Shown here piece after piece: positions 10,550 through 19,297 of a stretch of DNA of 38,028 nt (the first letter of the stretch is position 1; the number at the start of each line of letters is the position of its first letter). A program made the translations under genes and the position numbers. The notes under the pieces were generated by a model. The model searched no databases, was not told the origin of the DNA, and worked only from the letters and a program-made list of their open reading frames with translations. Location: positions 1-38,028 of IMG/VR virus record IMGVR_UViG_3300034082_000527. One strand, written 5' to 3'. Source of the stretch: a virus (taxonomy: Duplodnaviria > Caudoviricetes).

Positions 10550-13059
10550 TGAGCAGAATCAGAGATATAGCAAACTTATTCAGCGCAAATACGTCGGCAG
10601 CGACGGATTCAGAAGTAACTACTGCTATATCTGCACATAACTCTTCAACAACAACAGTTCATGGTATTTCTGATACTGCCGCCCTTGCTACATCTACATC
10701 TGTAACATCTGCAATATCAACACATAATACAACTGCTAATGGACATGTTAAAAGAGGTAATACTGCTTCTCGTCCCGATTCACCTACAACTGGTGACATG
10801 TATATGAATACACAATTAGGATACCCAGAATTTTATGAAGGAACGGCATGGATTCCAATTGGAGCAGATCCAACTGCGCCATCATCTGTTGTTGCTACAA
10901 ACTCAGGAACTGGGCGGGCATTCAATAATGGTCAAGCATCTGTTGCATTTACAGCAGGAACAGTACCAGGATCTAGTTATACAGTAACATCTTCTCCAGG
11001 TTCTTATTATAATACTGGTGCATCATCTCCAATCCTTGTATCAGGATTGCAATCAAATACATCTTATACTTTTACTGCAACTGCATCAAATGTTTATGGC
11101 ACGTCTGTTGCCTCATCTGCGAGTAGCGCAATTACTGCAACTACTGTGCCACAGGCACCAAGTATTACATCTGTAACAGGCGGAAATGCACAGGTATCAG
11201 TTGCGTTTTCTGCAAATGCTACAGGTGGCTCATCAATTACAGGGTACACAATTACATCATCTCCAGGAAATATTACTGCAAGTGGATCATCAAGTCCAAT
11301 CGTTGTTACAGGTTTAACAAATGATACATCGTATACATTTACTGCAACAGCAACAAATGCAAATGGAACATCTGCAGCAAGTTCTGCAAGTAGTTCTGTA
11401 TCAACAATTTCACAGCTAGATGTTGATTATTTAGTTGTTGCTGGCGCTGGTGGCGGTGGTTTCGCATATGGTGGCGGTGGTGGCGGTGGTGGTTATTTAA
11501 CCAGTATTGGTGGAAGTCCATTAACTTGTTCTTCAAATACTGCTTTTACAGTTACCGTTGGTGCTGGCGGTGCTGGCGGTATTGCTAGTGCAAAAGGAAT
11601 CTCTGGTTCTAATTCTATATTTTCTTCTATAACTGCAACTGGCGGTGGCGGTGGCGGTAATGGAGATAACAATGCTCTTTATGGTGGTGCAAACGGCGGT
11701 TCAGGCGGTGGTGGCGGTAATCCAGAGACTTCTGGAACTGGAACTGGCGGTTCTGCTTCCCCTGCTGGACAAGGCAATGCTGGAGGAAACGGAAGCACAA
11801 ATGGCTCAACTTATCGTGCTGGCGGCGGCGGCGGCGGTGCTGGAAGTGCAGGAACATCAGCGCCAAATGGTTCAACAACTCCTACTGGTGGCTCGGCAAG
11901 TGGAAATGCAATTACTGGTTCAACTGTTTATTATTCAGGCGGTGGCGGCGGTGGTGTTTATGACACAACCCGTGCTTTTGGTGGAACTAATGCTGGTGAT
12001 GGTGCAAGGCAAATTGGTTCCACACAGGCAACGAGTGGAACTGCCAACTTTGGCGGTGGCGGTGGCGGAGCCGCAGGTTCAACAGCGACTACTCCTGGCA
12101 ATGGTGGTTCAGGAATAGTTATTGTTCGTTATCAATCTGCTACTCAAAAAGCATCTGGAGGAAACACTATTATTTCTTCTGGAGGATATTACTATCATAC
12201 ATTTACTTCTTCAGGAGTATTTAATACAACACCGTCTTATATTGCAAAAGCAACAGGTGGAACAGTAACAACCGATGGTACAAATTGGATTCATACATTT
12301 ACAGGAACAGGAACATTTACTCCAACACAATCAATATCAAATGTTGATTTCTTGGTTGTTGCTGGCGGTGGTGCAGGTGCTTCCACAAATGGATTTTCTG
12401 GTGGTGGAGCAGGCGGACTTCGTTCAACTGTAACAACAACAGGTGGTGGTGGTTCACTAGAAGCAAAATTATCTCTTACAGCAACTGCATACACAGTAAC
12501 TGTTGGAGCAGGCGGTGCTGCAACTGCGGCAATTGATAGTGGACCTGGTGGTTCTGGTGGTGATTCAATATTTTCAACTATAACCTCTGCTGGCGGTGGT
12601 GGTGGCGGTGGTAACAACGCTGTAGGTATTAGTGGTGGGTCTGGCGGAGGCGGTGGTGGAACTTCTGTAGCAAATCATGCAGGCGGTGCTGGAACTGCTA
12701 ATCAAGGTTACGCAGGAGCAAGTAATAATCCTGGTGGTGCTGGTTCTCGTTCTGGCGGTGGAGGCGGCGGTGCAAGTGCCGTAGGTAGCACGGTAAACGG
12801 TGGCAATGGTGTTGCGGTTTCTATAACTGGTTCATCAGTAACTTATGCAGGCGGCGGTGGTGGCTCAACATTAGTTGGTGCCTCTGGAACTGGTGGAACT
12901 GGCGGCGGTGGTGCGGGTGGTTTAAGTAACTCTGGTGGATTTGCAGGAACTACTAATACAGGTGGCGGTGGCGGTGCTGGTAATTATCAAAGCGGTAGCG
13001 ATAACAAAGCAGGAGGTAACGGTGGCTCAGGTATTGTTATTGTGAGGTATCCAGTCTAA
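10549..13059 (+). CDS. Putative fibre/adhesin: anchor + 2 FN3 + two glycine-rich domains
   Basis: TAATG overlap. RGNTASRPDSPTTGDMYMN anchor, FN3 pair, two Gly-rich domains joined by an AKATGG...W.H.F...GTFTP linker as in the first ORF. Confidence 0.75.
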   Translation: MSRIRDIANLFSANTSAATDSEVTTAISAHNSSTTTVHGISDTAALATSTSVTSAISTHNTTANGHVKRGNTASRPDSPTTGDMYMNTQLGYPEFYEGTAWIPIGADPTAPSSVVATNSGTGRAFNNGQASVAFTAGTVPGSSYTVTSSPGSYYNTGASSPILVSGLQSNTSYTFTATASNVYGTSVASSASSAITATTVPQAPSITSVTGGNAQVSVAFSANATGGSSITGYTITSSPGNITASGSSSPIVVTGLTNDTSYTFTATATNANGTSAASSASSSVSTISQLDVDYLVVAGAGGGGFAYGGGGGGGGYLTSIGGSPLTCSSNTAFTVTVGAGGAGGIASAKGISGSNSIFSSITATGGGGGGNGDNNALYGGANGGSGGGGGNPETSGTGTGGSASPAGQGNAGGNGSTNGSTYRAGGGGGGAGSAGTSAPNGSTTPTGGSASGNAITGSTVYYSGGGGGGVYDTTRAFGGTNAGDGARQIGSTQATSGTANFGGGGGGAAGSTATTPGNGGSGIVIVRYQSATQKASGGNTIISSGGYYYHTFTSSGVFNTTPSYIAKATGGTVTTDGTNWIHTFTGTGTFTPTQSISNVDFLVVAGGGAGASTNGFSGGGAGGLRSTVTTTGGGGSLEAKLSLTATAYTVTVGAGGAATAAIDSGPGGSGGDSIFSTITSAGGGGGGGNNAVGISGGSGGGGGGTSVANHAGGAGTANQGYAGASNNPGGAGSRSGGGGGGASAVGSTVNGGNGVAVSITGSSVTYAGGGGGSTLVGASGTGGTGGGGAGGLSNSGGFAGTTNTGGGGGAGNYQSGSDNKAGGNGGSGIVIVRYPV

Positions 13060-13565
13060 TGGCTAAAATAATAAGAGTATGGGATGGAACGGTCTGGCAA
13101 GAAGTCGGCACCGCTATTCCTAATGCCCTTACAATTGATGGAACCCAGACATTAACTAATAAAACTATATCTGGTGCATCTAATACTTTAACTAATATTG
13201 GAAATGCCTCCCTAACTAATTCAGCAATTACTGTTAATGGTTCCGCCGTTTCTTTGGGTGGAAGCGTAACAATTGTTACAGGACCAGCATCTTCTGCGGT
13301 ATCATCTAATATAACAATGGCGGCTAATAATAATTACTTTGTAAATACTTCAGCGGCAAGAACCCTTACTCTTCCTTCCAGCCCTACCCTAGGAGACACC
13401 ATTGCAATATATGATGCATCAGGGACGGCGGCAACAAACAATATTACAATAGCAAGAAACGGCAGCAATATTAATGGACAAGCAGTTAATGCTATAATAG
13501 ACGTAGATCAATCAGGATCAGTATTTATATATACAGGCTCAGCAATTGGGTGGAGGTTCGACTAA
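13059..13565 (+). CDS. Short fibre-like structural protein
   Basis: TAATG overlap. TQTLTNKTI shaft-like motif. C-terminal domain paralogous to that of 8022..9005. Confidence 0.6.
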   Translation: MAKIIRVWDGTVWQEVGTAIPNALTIDGTQTLTNKTISGASNTLTNIGNASLTNSAITVNGSAVSLGGSVTIVTGPASSAVSSNITMAANNNYFVNTSAARTLTLPSSPTLGDTIAIYDASGTAATNNITIARNGSNINGQAVNAIIDVDQSGSVFIYTGSAIGWRFD

Positions 13566-15091
13566 TGACTATTAGAAAATCATCTATATCTAAAATCCCT
13601 AGTGGTAATACATCTGCTCGTCCTGCGTCTCCAATTTTAGGTGATACTTATTACAATGGTCAAATAGAAGCATTAGAAATTTACAATGGAACAGCTTGGA
13701 AAGTAGTAAAAAGTGAAGGCTTCCCACCTGACACACCAACAATTTCTAGTGTAACAGACTCATCTGCATCTTCCACCTATTCTTCAACCGCTGGAACACT
13801 AACTGTTGTTTTTTCCCCAGCAGCAACTGGCGGTACAGCAACTCAATACAATGCGTATACCACAGAAGGTGGACATAGTGGTTTTACAGCAGTAGGTTCA
13901 ACAGTAATAATTACAGGACTAACACCTGGGACTGCTTATACTGTGTATGGTAATGCTCAAAATGGTAGTGGAATTTCTACTAATACATCTAATGCTAGTC
14001 CAGTGACCCCAACAACATTGCCACAAGCACCAACGATAGGCACTGCAACTATTAGTGGAAACGATTTAGTAGCAGCTTGGACATTAGGAAGTAATGGAGG
14101 TAAAACGCTTAGTTCAATAACCGTTACTCCATACCTAAATGGACTTACTGCTCAACTATCTCAAACAGCAGCAACTATAAGTTCTACTAGTCTTGCCTTT
14201 CCATTAACTTCGGGCTCCAGTTATACTTTTAAAGTTAAAACAACAAATGCTAACGGAGATAGTCCAGATAGTTCTGCATCAAATTCTGTAATAGCACCAA
14301 ACATATCTTTTACAACTGATTGGCTTGTTATTGGCGGTGGCGGAGCAGGAGGATTTAGCAACAGTAGCGGCGGTGGAGGTGCTGGAGGATATAGAACTTC
14401 TGCTGGAACATCAGGTGCTAATTCTACCGCTGAATCATCACAAACATTAGCAACTAACACAAATTATTTAGTTACAGTAGGAGCAGGTTCTCCAGCATCT
14501 AGCGGTGTTAGACCAGCAAATGGAGGTGACTCTGTATTTAACACTATAACCTCACTTGGTGGTGGTTGCGGTGGTAACTATCAAGGAACACCAAATGGAA
14601 CTCCATCAAGTGGTGGTTCTGGTGGTGGCGGCGCTGGAAATGGTTCATCAGGAATTTCGGGAGGTGCTGCTGGAACTGCTAATCAAGGTTCTGCTGGTGG
14701 AACAAACGGTAACCTTCCTTATTACGGTGGCTCAGGTGGCGGCGCTGGCGGCGCTGGTGGAAATCAAGGTGCAGTTGGAGGCGCTGGTTTAAGTAGCTCT
14801 ATTACTGGAACAAGTGTTGGATATGCAGGCGGTGGTAGCACTGGGGGACAAGCAGCCAACAGTTTTGGAGGAGGTTCTGCGGGAGGCGCTGGGAAAGATG
14901 GCGCAGTTAATAAAGGCGGCGGTGGTGGAGACACTGCAGGAGCTGGTGGTTCTGGAGTTGTTATTTTAAGATACCCAGACACAAGAACAATTGCAATCGG
15001 CGCAGGATTAACTGGCACTGTAAGCGCAGCAAGCGGTGGATACAAGAGAGCCACAATTACTAATGGCTCTGGAAATGTGAGTTTTTCATAA
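13565..15091 (+). CDS. Putative fibre/adhesin: anchor + 2 divergent FN3 + glycine-rich domain (508 aa)
   Basis: Start reassigned from 13550 to ATG 13565 (TAATG overlap). SGNTSARPASPILGDTYYN anchor, TGLTPGTAYTV, DWLVIGGGG...GGSGVVILRYPDT. Confidence 0.75.
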   Translation: MTIRKSSISKIPSGNTSARPASPILGDTYYNGQIEALEIYNGTAWKVVKSEGFPPDTPTISSVTDSSASSTYSSTAGTLTVVFSPAATGGTATQYNAYTTEGGHSGFTAVGSTVIITGLTPGTAYTVYGNAQNGSGISTNTSNASPVTPTTLPQAPTIGTATISGNDLVAAWTLGSNGGKTLSSITVTPYLNGLTAQLSQTAATISSTSLAFPLTSGSSYTFKVKTTNANGDSPDSSASNSVIAPNISFTTDWLVIGGGGAGGFSNSSGGGGAGGYRTSAGTSGANSTAESSQTLATNTNYLVTVGAGSPASSGVRPANGGDSVFNTITSLGGGCGGNYQGTPNGTPSSGGSGGGGAGNGSSGISGGAAGTANQGSAGGTNGNLPYYGGSGGGAGGAGGNQGAVGGAGLSSSITGTSVGYAGGGSTGGQAANSFGGGSAGGAGKDGAVNKGGGGGDTAGAGGSGVVILRYPDTRTIAIGAGLTGTVSAASGGYKRATITNGSGNVSFS

Positions 15092-15498
15092 TGGCACACT
15101 ATGCACTTATTAATTCAAAATTTGAAGTAGTTAATGTTATTACTGGCGTTGATGAAAATATAATTCAAATTGATTTAGATGGTACACAAGTCGGAGGATC
15201 TTCGGAGGCTTGGGAACAATTTTATTCTTCAAGACCTTGGTTTGAAGGTTTAATGTGTAAACGCACTTCCTATAACGGTAATATTCGTGCAAATTTTGCA
15301 GGTAAAGGATTTACATATGATCCAGACTTTGATGTATTTATTGAACCTAAACCATACCCATCTTGGAAGTTAAATTACACAACTTTTAAATGGGAATCGC
15401 CAGTTGTTAAACCAGAAGATACTAATGAGTATTTTTATAGATGGTCTGAGTACAACAAAGAGTGGATACAAATAGCAATCTCTTATAGTGATAGTTAA
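15091..15498 (+). CDS. Small acidic/aromatic protein (MAHYA type), paralog of 4826..5203
   Basis: TAATG overlap. Shared motifs with 4826..5203. Ends the second block of Gly-rich genes. Confidence 0.6.
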   Translation: MAHYALINSKFEVVNVITGVDENIIQIDLDGTQVGGSSEAWEQFYSSRPWFEGLMCKRTSYNGNIRANFAGKGFTYDPDFDVFIEPKPYPSWKLNYTTFKWESPVVKPEDTNEYFYRWSEYNKEWIQIAISYSDS

Positions 15499-15501
15499 AT
15501 T

Positions 15502-17259
15502 ATGTCATATCAATTAAAGGTAATTAAAGATCATCCTATTGGCTTTTGGACTTTAGATGAGTCTTCTGGCACCACCGCCCTCGATTCTTCTGGGTGCGGT
15601 AATAATGGATCGTATACAGGATCACCTTTATCTAACATTCTTCCATTAATATCAGGCGGAGTTTCTGGAACAAAGATAACAAACACCTCATCAATATCAT
15701 TACCTATAACTAAAAATTATTATGGTGCTTCAACAACGGCGGGAATGGGAACCAAGTATTCATCTGATAATGACTTTACAATAGAATGCTGGATATACCC
15801 TTCAATTGCTTCATCTACCGAAACTCCAATAATGTCAGATGATACAAATGACATAGGCATATATTGGGAAAAGGGAGATATTGTATTTAAAGTATCTGCT
15901 ACAGAATTAATTAGATATCCAGCAACATACTCTAAAAGAGCCTTTCACATAGTAGGAATATATTCTGTATCTTCAATCTCTCTATATGTAGATGGAAGAC
16001 TAGCCGCAAGTAAATCTTTGGCTAATGATTTTAAATTTACTAATACAACCTTATCTCTTGATATTGGGCCAACCACAGCATCTGGAGATTCTTTTATAGT
16101 TGATGCTCCTGCCATATATAGATATTCCCTTTCTTCCGCTTCTATCCAAAGACATTTTGCAGATGGTAGTTATTCTGCACCCGCTATTCAAGTTGTTGCC
16201 CCAGACGAAGGAATACTCTTTTCTTGCACGGACGCTTCTATCAGAACTCAATTCCAATACTCTTATCCAGTAAATAAAGAATGGTCAGACTTCCTAGATG
16301 TAAATACATACTATAACGAATCTGCAGGATATATATCTTTCTACAAAACAGAGTCCGCAACTGCAAAAACATTTATTCTTCAAGACTATTTCTTGATACC
16401 TAGCCAAATCCCATATGTAACCTCAAAGGTGGAATGGAGAAATGATTTAGGAATTACAGTAGAGTCAAGCGTAGACGGAACAAATTGGCAGAATTGTTCA
16501 AATGGACAACCATTGCCTCAATATACAAAAGACTCATTTAGCACCACTGGAGTTATTTATATTAAAATAACTATGGCAACTTCCGATGCCAGCAAATTCT
16601 TGCCAAGACTAGCATATTTTGCAGTTAGCTTTTATACAAACAAAGATGTTTATGCAGACAACTATGGAGAAAAAATATCATCTTCAACTGAATATTATCT
16701 AGGATCATTAAATTACCCACTTCTTTCAAGGCATTATGATAATGGAATAAGAACAAAATCAGGTGCTGGATTTAATTTAACCACAGCAAGCTCTGTGAAG
16801 TCTTTAGAGATGTTCTTTACCCCTTCCGACCTTACAGCCAACACTTTGCTAGATGTAGCCTCTACGGGCTCTTACACGGCTTCTAAATACTCGTGGACAA
16901 GCGGCGGAACCATAACAAAGACCAATATATTAAAAATATATGTAAATGGTATAGATCGGACAAGTCAGACAGATATATCAAATGTGTTCTCTGCAAATGA
17001 GCTACATCATGTTGTATTAGTTCTAACACAACCTTGTTCAGGTGTATTGAAGTTTAATTATTCAGGCTCAGGTGGCCCCTCATGTCTATATAACAATATT
17101 GCTATTTATTCAAAGGAATTAACTGGGTCAATTGTTTCTACCCATTATGGCCTGTATGTAGGAAGATCCTCAGTCTCAGTAATAGATCCGTCAATTGTTT
17201 TGACAGAAAAAGGCATTGAGTCATATAATAATGACTGGATTGTGTTACAAAGTATATAG
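15502..17259 (+). CDS. Concanavalin A-like/LamG domain virion protein
   Basis: N-terminal PIGFWTLDESSGTTALDSSGCGNNG, DFTIECWIYP and HIVGIYS...LYVDG motifs typical of LamG-like jelly rolls. A second degenerate copy is possible at the C-terminus (IYVNG...LHHVVLV...IAIYSKEL). Confidence 0.7.
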   Translation: MSYQLKVIKDHPIGFWTLDESSGTTALDSSGCGNNGSYTGSPLSNILPLISGGVSGTKITNTSSISLPITKNYYGASTTAGMGTKYSSDNDFTIECWIYPSIASSTETPIMSDDTNDIGIYWEKGDIVFKVSATELIRYPATYSKRAFHIVGIYSVSSISLYVDGRLAASKSLANDFKFTNTTLSLDIGPTTASGDSFIVDAPAIYRYSLSSASIQRHFADGSYSAPAIQVVAPDEGILFSCTDASIRTQFQYSYPVNKEWSDFLDVNTYYNESAGYISFYKTESATAKTFILQDYFLIPSQIPYVTSKVEWRNDLGITVESSVDGTNWQNCSNGQPLPQYTKDSFSTTGVIYIKITMATSDASKFLPRLAYFAVSFYTNKDVYADNYGEKISSSTEYYLGSLNYPLLSRHYDNGIRTKSGAGFNLTTASSVKSLEMFFTPSDLTANTLLDVASTGSYTASKYSWTSGGTITKTNILKIYVNGIDRTSQTDISNVFSANELHHVVLVLTQPCSGVLKFNYSGSGGPSCLYNNIAIYSKELTGSIVSTHYGLYVGRSSVSVIDPSIVLTEKGIESYNNDWIVLQSI

Positions 17260-17285
17260 ATTTGTCCAAAGGTGTGACAAAAAGA

Positions 17286-17314
17286 TGGACTTATGCAGGA
17301 AGTAATGGTAAAAT
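17286..17314 (+). promoter_or_regulatory. Sigma70/SigA-type promoter with extended -10, likely leaderless or near-leaderless transcript
   Basis: TGGACT (17286-17291), 17 nt, TAAAAT (17309-17314) preceded by TG. ATG only 8 nt downstream and no SD. Confidence 0.6.
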
Positions 17315-17322
17315 AAATTACT

Positions 17323-17664
17323 ATGGATATTAATCGTATAAACACTAAGATCCTTGAGGAAGAATCATCTCTAGGGATATATGTTTGGGAAATGCCTGAT
17401 GGTAGGTGGATTGGAGATGACGATGGGAACTTTCTTTCGGTCACGTCCAAAAAAGGTAATAGATCCAGAGTCGATGCTTTGGCTAGAGAAGTTCGCTCAT
17501 TCGGTATATATGAAGGCGGGCCTAAATTTCTTTCTGCAAGAAGGAAGATTGACGACGAAGAATTCGAACACCAAAAACAAAGACTTGATTGGGGACTAGT
17601 CCCTGACCCACTAGACATTGGTAACTATAAAGACGAAATGAAAAAGTTGAGGGGTATGAAATGA
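17323..17664 (+). CDS. Hypothetical protein coupled to the portal gene
   Basis: 113-aa ORF with its own promoter and an ATGA overlap with portal. No motif recognised. Confidence 0.65.
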   Translation: MDINRINTKILEEESSLGIYVWEMPDGRWIGDDDGNFLSVTSKKGNRSRVDALAREVRSFGIYEGGPKFLSARRKIDDEEFEHQKQRLDWGLVPDPLDIGNYKDEMKKLRGMK

Positions 17665-19244
17665 GCGTAGAGTTTATTGATGATGACAGTTCAGAAAATA
17701 TAATTGATATTTCAAATACAGCGGACTGGTTTTCTTTAAAGAAAGATCAAACAACCAATGACCCATTTGCCGCAGGAATTGATGAGCTTAAAAAGGTAAG
17801 AGGTCTAGGATCTTCTTTTAAGCGCAAAATAAGTAGAGAGTTTTCTAAAGCATTTACTGGGGCGGAATCAACAGGAACACAACAGAACCTACTAGCACAA
17901 GCTATTACAGGTTACAATATGTTCGACTTGATAGAACCAACATATAACCTTGAATACCTTTCAATAGTTTATGAAACATCAACATATAACTACGCAGCAA
18001 TTAATGCAAAGGTTGCTAATATTGTTGGTCTAGGATATGACTTTGTAGAAACAAAGAAAACAAATGATGCCCTTGATTCTCTAACAGATGATAAGTCTCT
18101 TGAAAGAGCACGTAGAAAAATTAGCAAGTTGCGACAAGATATTCACTCATGGCTTGATACAACAAACGATGAAGATACATTTACTCAAACTTTAATAAAA
18201 ACCTATACAGATTTAGAAGCAACAGGAAATGGCTATATTGAAATAGGAAGAACCACTGGCGGAAACATTGGATATATTGGGCATATTCCAGCAAAGACAA
18301 TGCGTGTCCGTAGACTAAGAGATGGCTTTATTCAACTACTATACGGCAAGGCAGTATTCTTTAATAACTTTGGAGATTCAGAAACAGAGAATCCAATTGC
18401 TGGACAAGAAGACCGCCCAAATGAAATTATTCATTTAAAGAAATATACCCCTATGAATAACTACTACGGTATCCCAGATATTATTGCTGCACAGGTAGCA
18501 CTTGCTGGTAATGAATTATCTGGCAGATACAACCTTGACTATTTTGAAAACAAGGCGGTCCCACGATATATTATTACAGTAAAGGGAGCAAAGCTTTCTC
18601 CAGAGTCAGAAAGAAAATTGCTTGAATTTTTCCAGGTAGGATTAAAGGGAAAGAACCATAGATCCCTGTATATCCCACTTCCAGGAGATACTTCAGACTC
18701 AAAAACAGAATTTAAGATGGAGCCAGTAGAAGCAAATCCACAGGAGTCTTCATTTAATGTTTATCGTAAATCAAATAGAGATGAAATTCTGTTGGCCCAC
18801 CGTGTCCCAATTAATAAAATTGGAACTCCAGAAGGCGTAAATTTGGCGGTAGCAAGAGATGCCGATAAGACATTTAAAGAGCAGGTATGTCGCCCAGCCC
18901 AGATGATTTTAGAGAAGAAAGTAAATAAAATATTTGAGGAAAAGACAGATGCCTTGGCCCTTAAATTTAATGAACTTACTCTTACAGATGAAGATACTCA
19001 GTCTAAAATTGATGAGAGATATTTAAGAATGCAGGTAATTACTCCTAATGAAGTTAGAATTAGAAAAGGCATGATTCCACTAGATGGTGGGGATGATGTT
19101 ATTGAACTTAAGGGACCAGCAAAAGCCGAGCAGGCAGCGGCGGCTGGAAATACAAGACAAAGATCTCAAGATCGCCAAGCAACCACCCCAGATATTTCTG
19201 GTGAGGGAAGAAGTGCTAAGGGCGACGGCAGACAGGTTGACTAA
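17661..19244 (+). CDS. Phage portal protein
   Basis: Portal motifs DLEATGNGYIEI.R, NEIIHLK...YYGIP, YFENKAVP, ILLAHRVP, TPNEVR...GM.PLDGGD. Directly upstream of protease and capsid. Confidence 0.92.
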   Translation: MSVEFIDDDSSENIIDISNTADWFSLKKDQTTNDPFAAGIDELKKVRGLGSSFKRKISREFSKAFTGAESTGTQQNLLAQAITGYNMFDLIEPTYNLEYLSIVYETSTYNYAAINAKVANIVGLGYDFVETKKTNDALDSLTDDKSLERARRKISKLRQDIHSWLDTTNDEDTFTQTLIKTYTDLEATGNGYIEIGRTTGGNIGYIGHIPAKTMRVRRLRDGFIQLLYGKAVFFNNFGDSETENPIAGQEDRPNEIIHLKKYTPMNNYYGIPDIIAAQVALAGNELSGRYNLDYFENKAVPRYIITVKGAKLSPESERKLLEFFQVGLKGKNHRSLYIPLPGDTSDSKTEFKMEPVEANPQESSFNVYRKSNRDEILLAHRVPINKIGTPEGVNLAVARDADKTFKEQVCRPAQMILEKKVNKIFEEKTDALALKFNELTLTDEDTQSKIDERYLRMQVITPNEVRIRKGMIPLDGGDDVIELKGPAKAEQAAAAGNTRQRSQDRQATTPDISGEGRSAKGDGRQVD

Positions 19245-19261
19245 CTCTACTCAACTGTTAT

Positions 19262-19290
19262 TTGCCTTTTTATCTATAAGTAGATAAAAT
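19262..19290 (+). promoter_or_regulatory. Sigma70/SigA-type promoter, likely leaderless transcript for protease-capsid
   Basis: TTGCCT (19262-19267), 17 nt, TAAAAT (19285-19290). ATG 7 nt downstream, no SD. Confidence 0.6.
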
Positions 19291-19297
19291 TAAGCAT

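Noticed and set aside
1145-14975. GGC/GGT runs as CRISPR or tandem DNA repeats
   Set aside because: They are polyglycine codons with varying third positions and show no repeat-spacer periodicity.
1145-14975. Collagen-like or antifreeze function for the Gly-rich regions
   Set aside because: No sustained Gly-X-Y register, and nothing in the sequence specifically supports ice binding.
1242-15099. Many short alternate-frame and antisense ORFs in the array (Val-rich, Pro-rich, His/Gln-rich)
   Set aside because: They are shadows of GGN/GCN/ACN codon runs in the real genes and overlap those genes fully or almost fully.
2-17259. Diversity-generating retroelement or shufflon acting on the tips
   Set aside because: No reverse transcriptase or recombinase in the window, no adenine-specific template/variable repeat pair seen, and all genes are co-oriented. 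A trans-acting element outside the window cannot be excluded.
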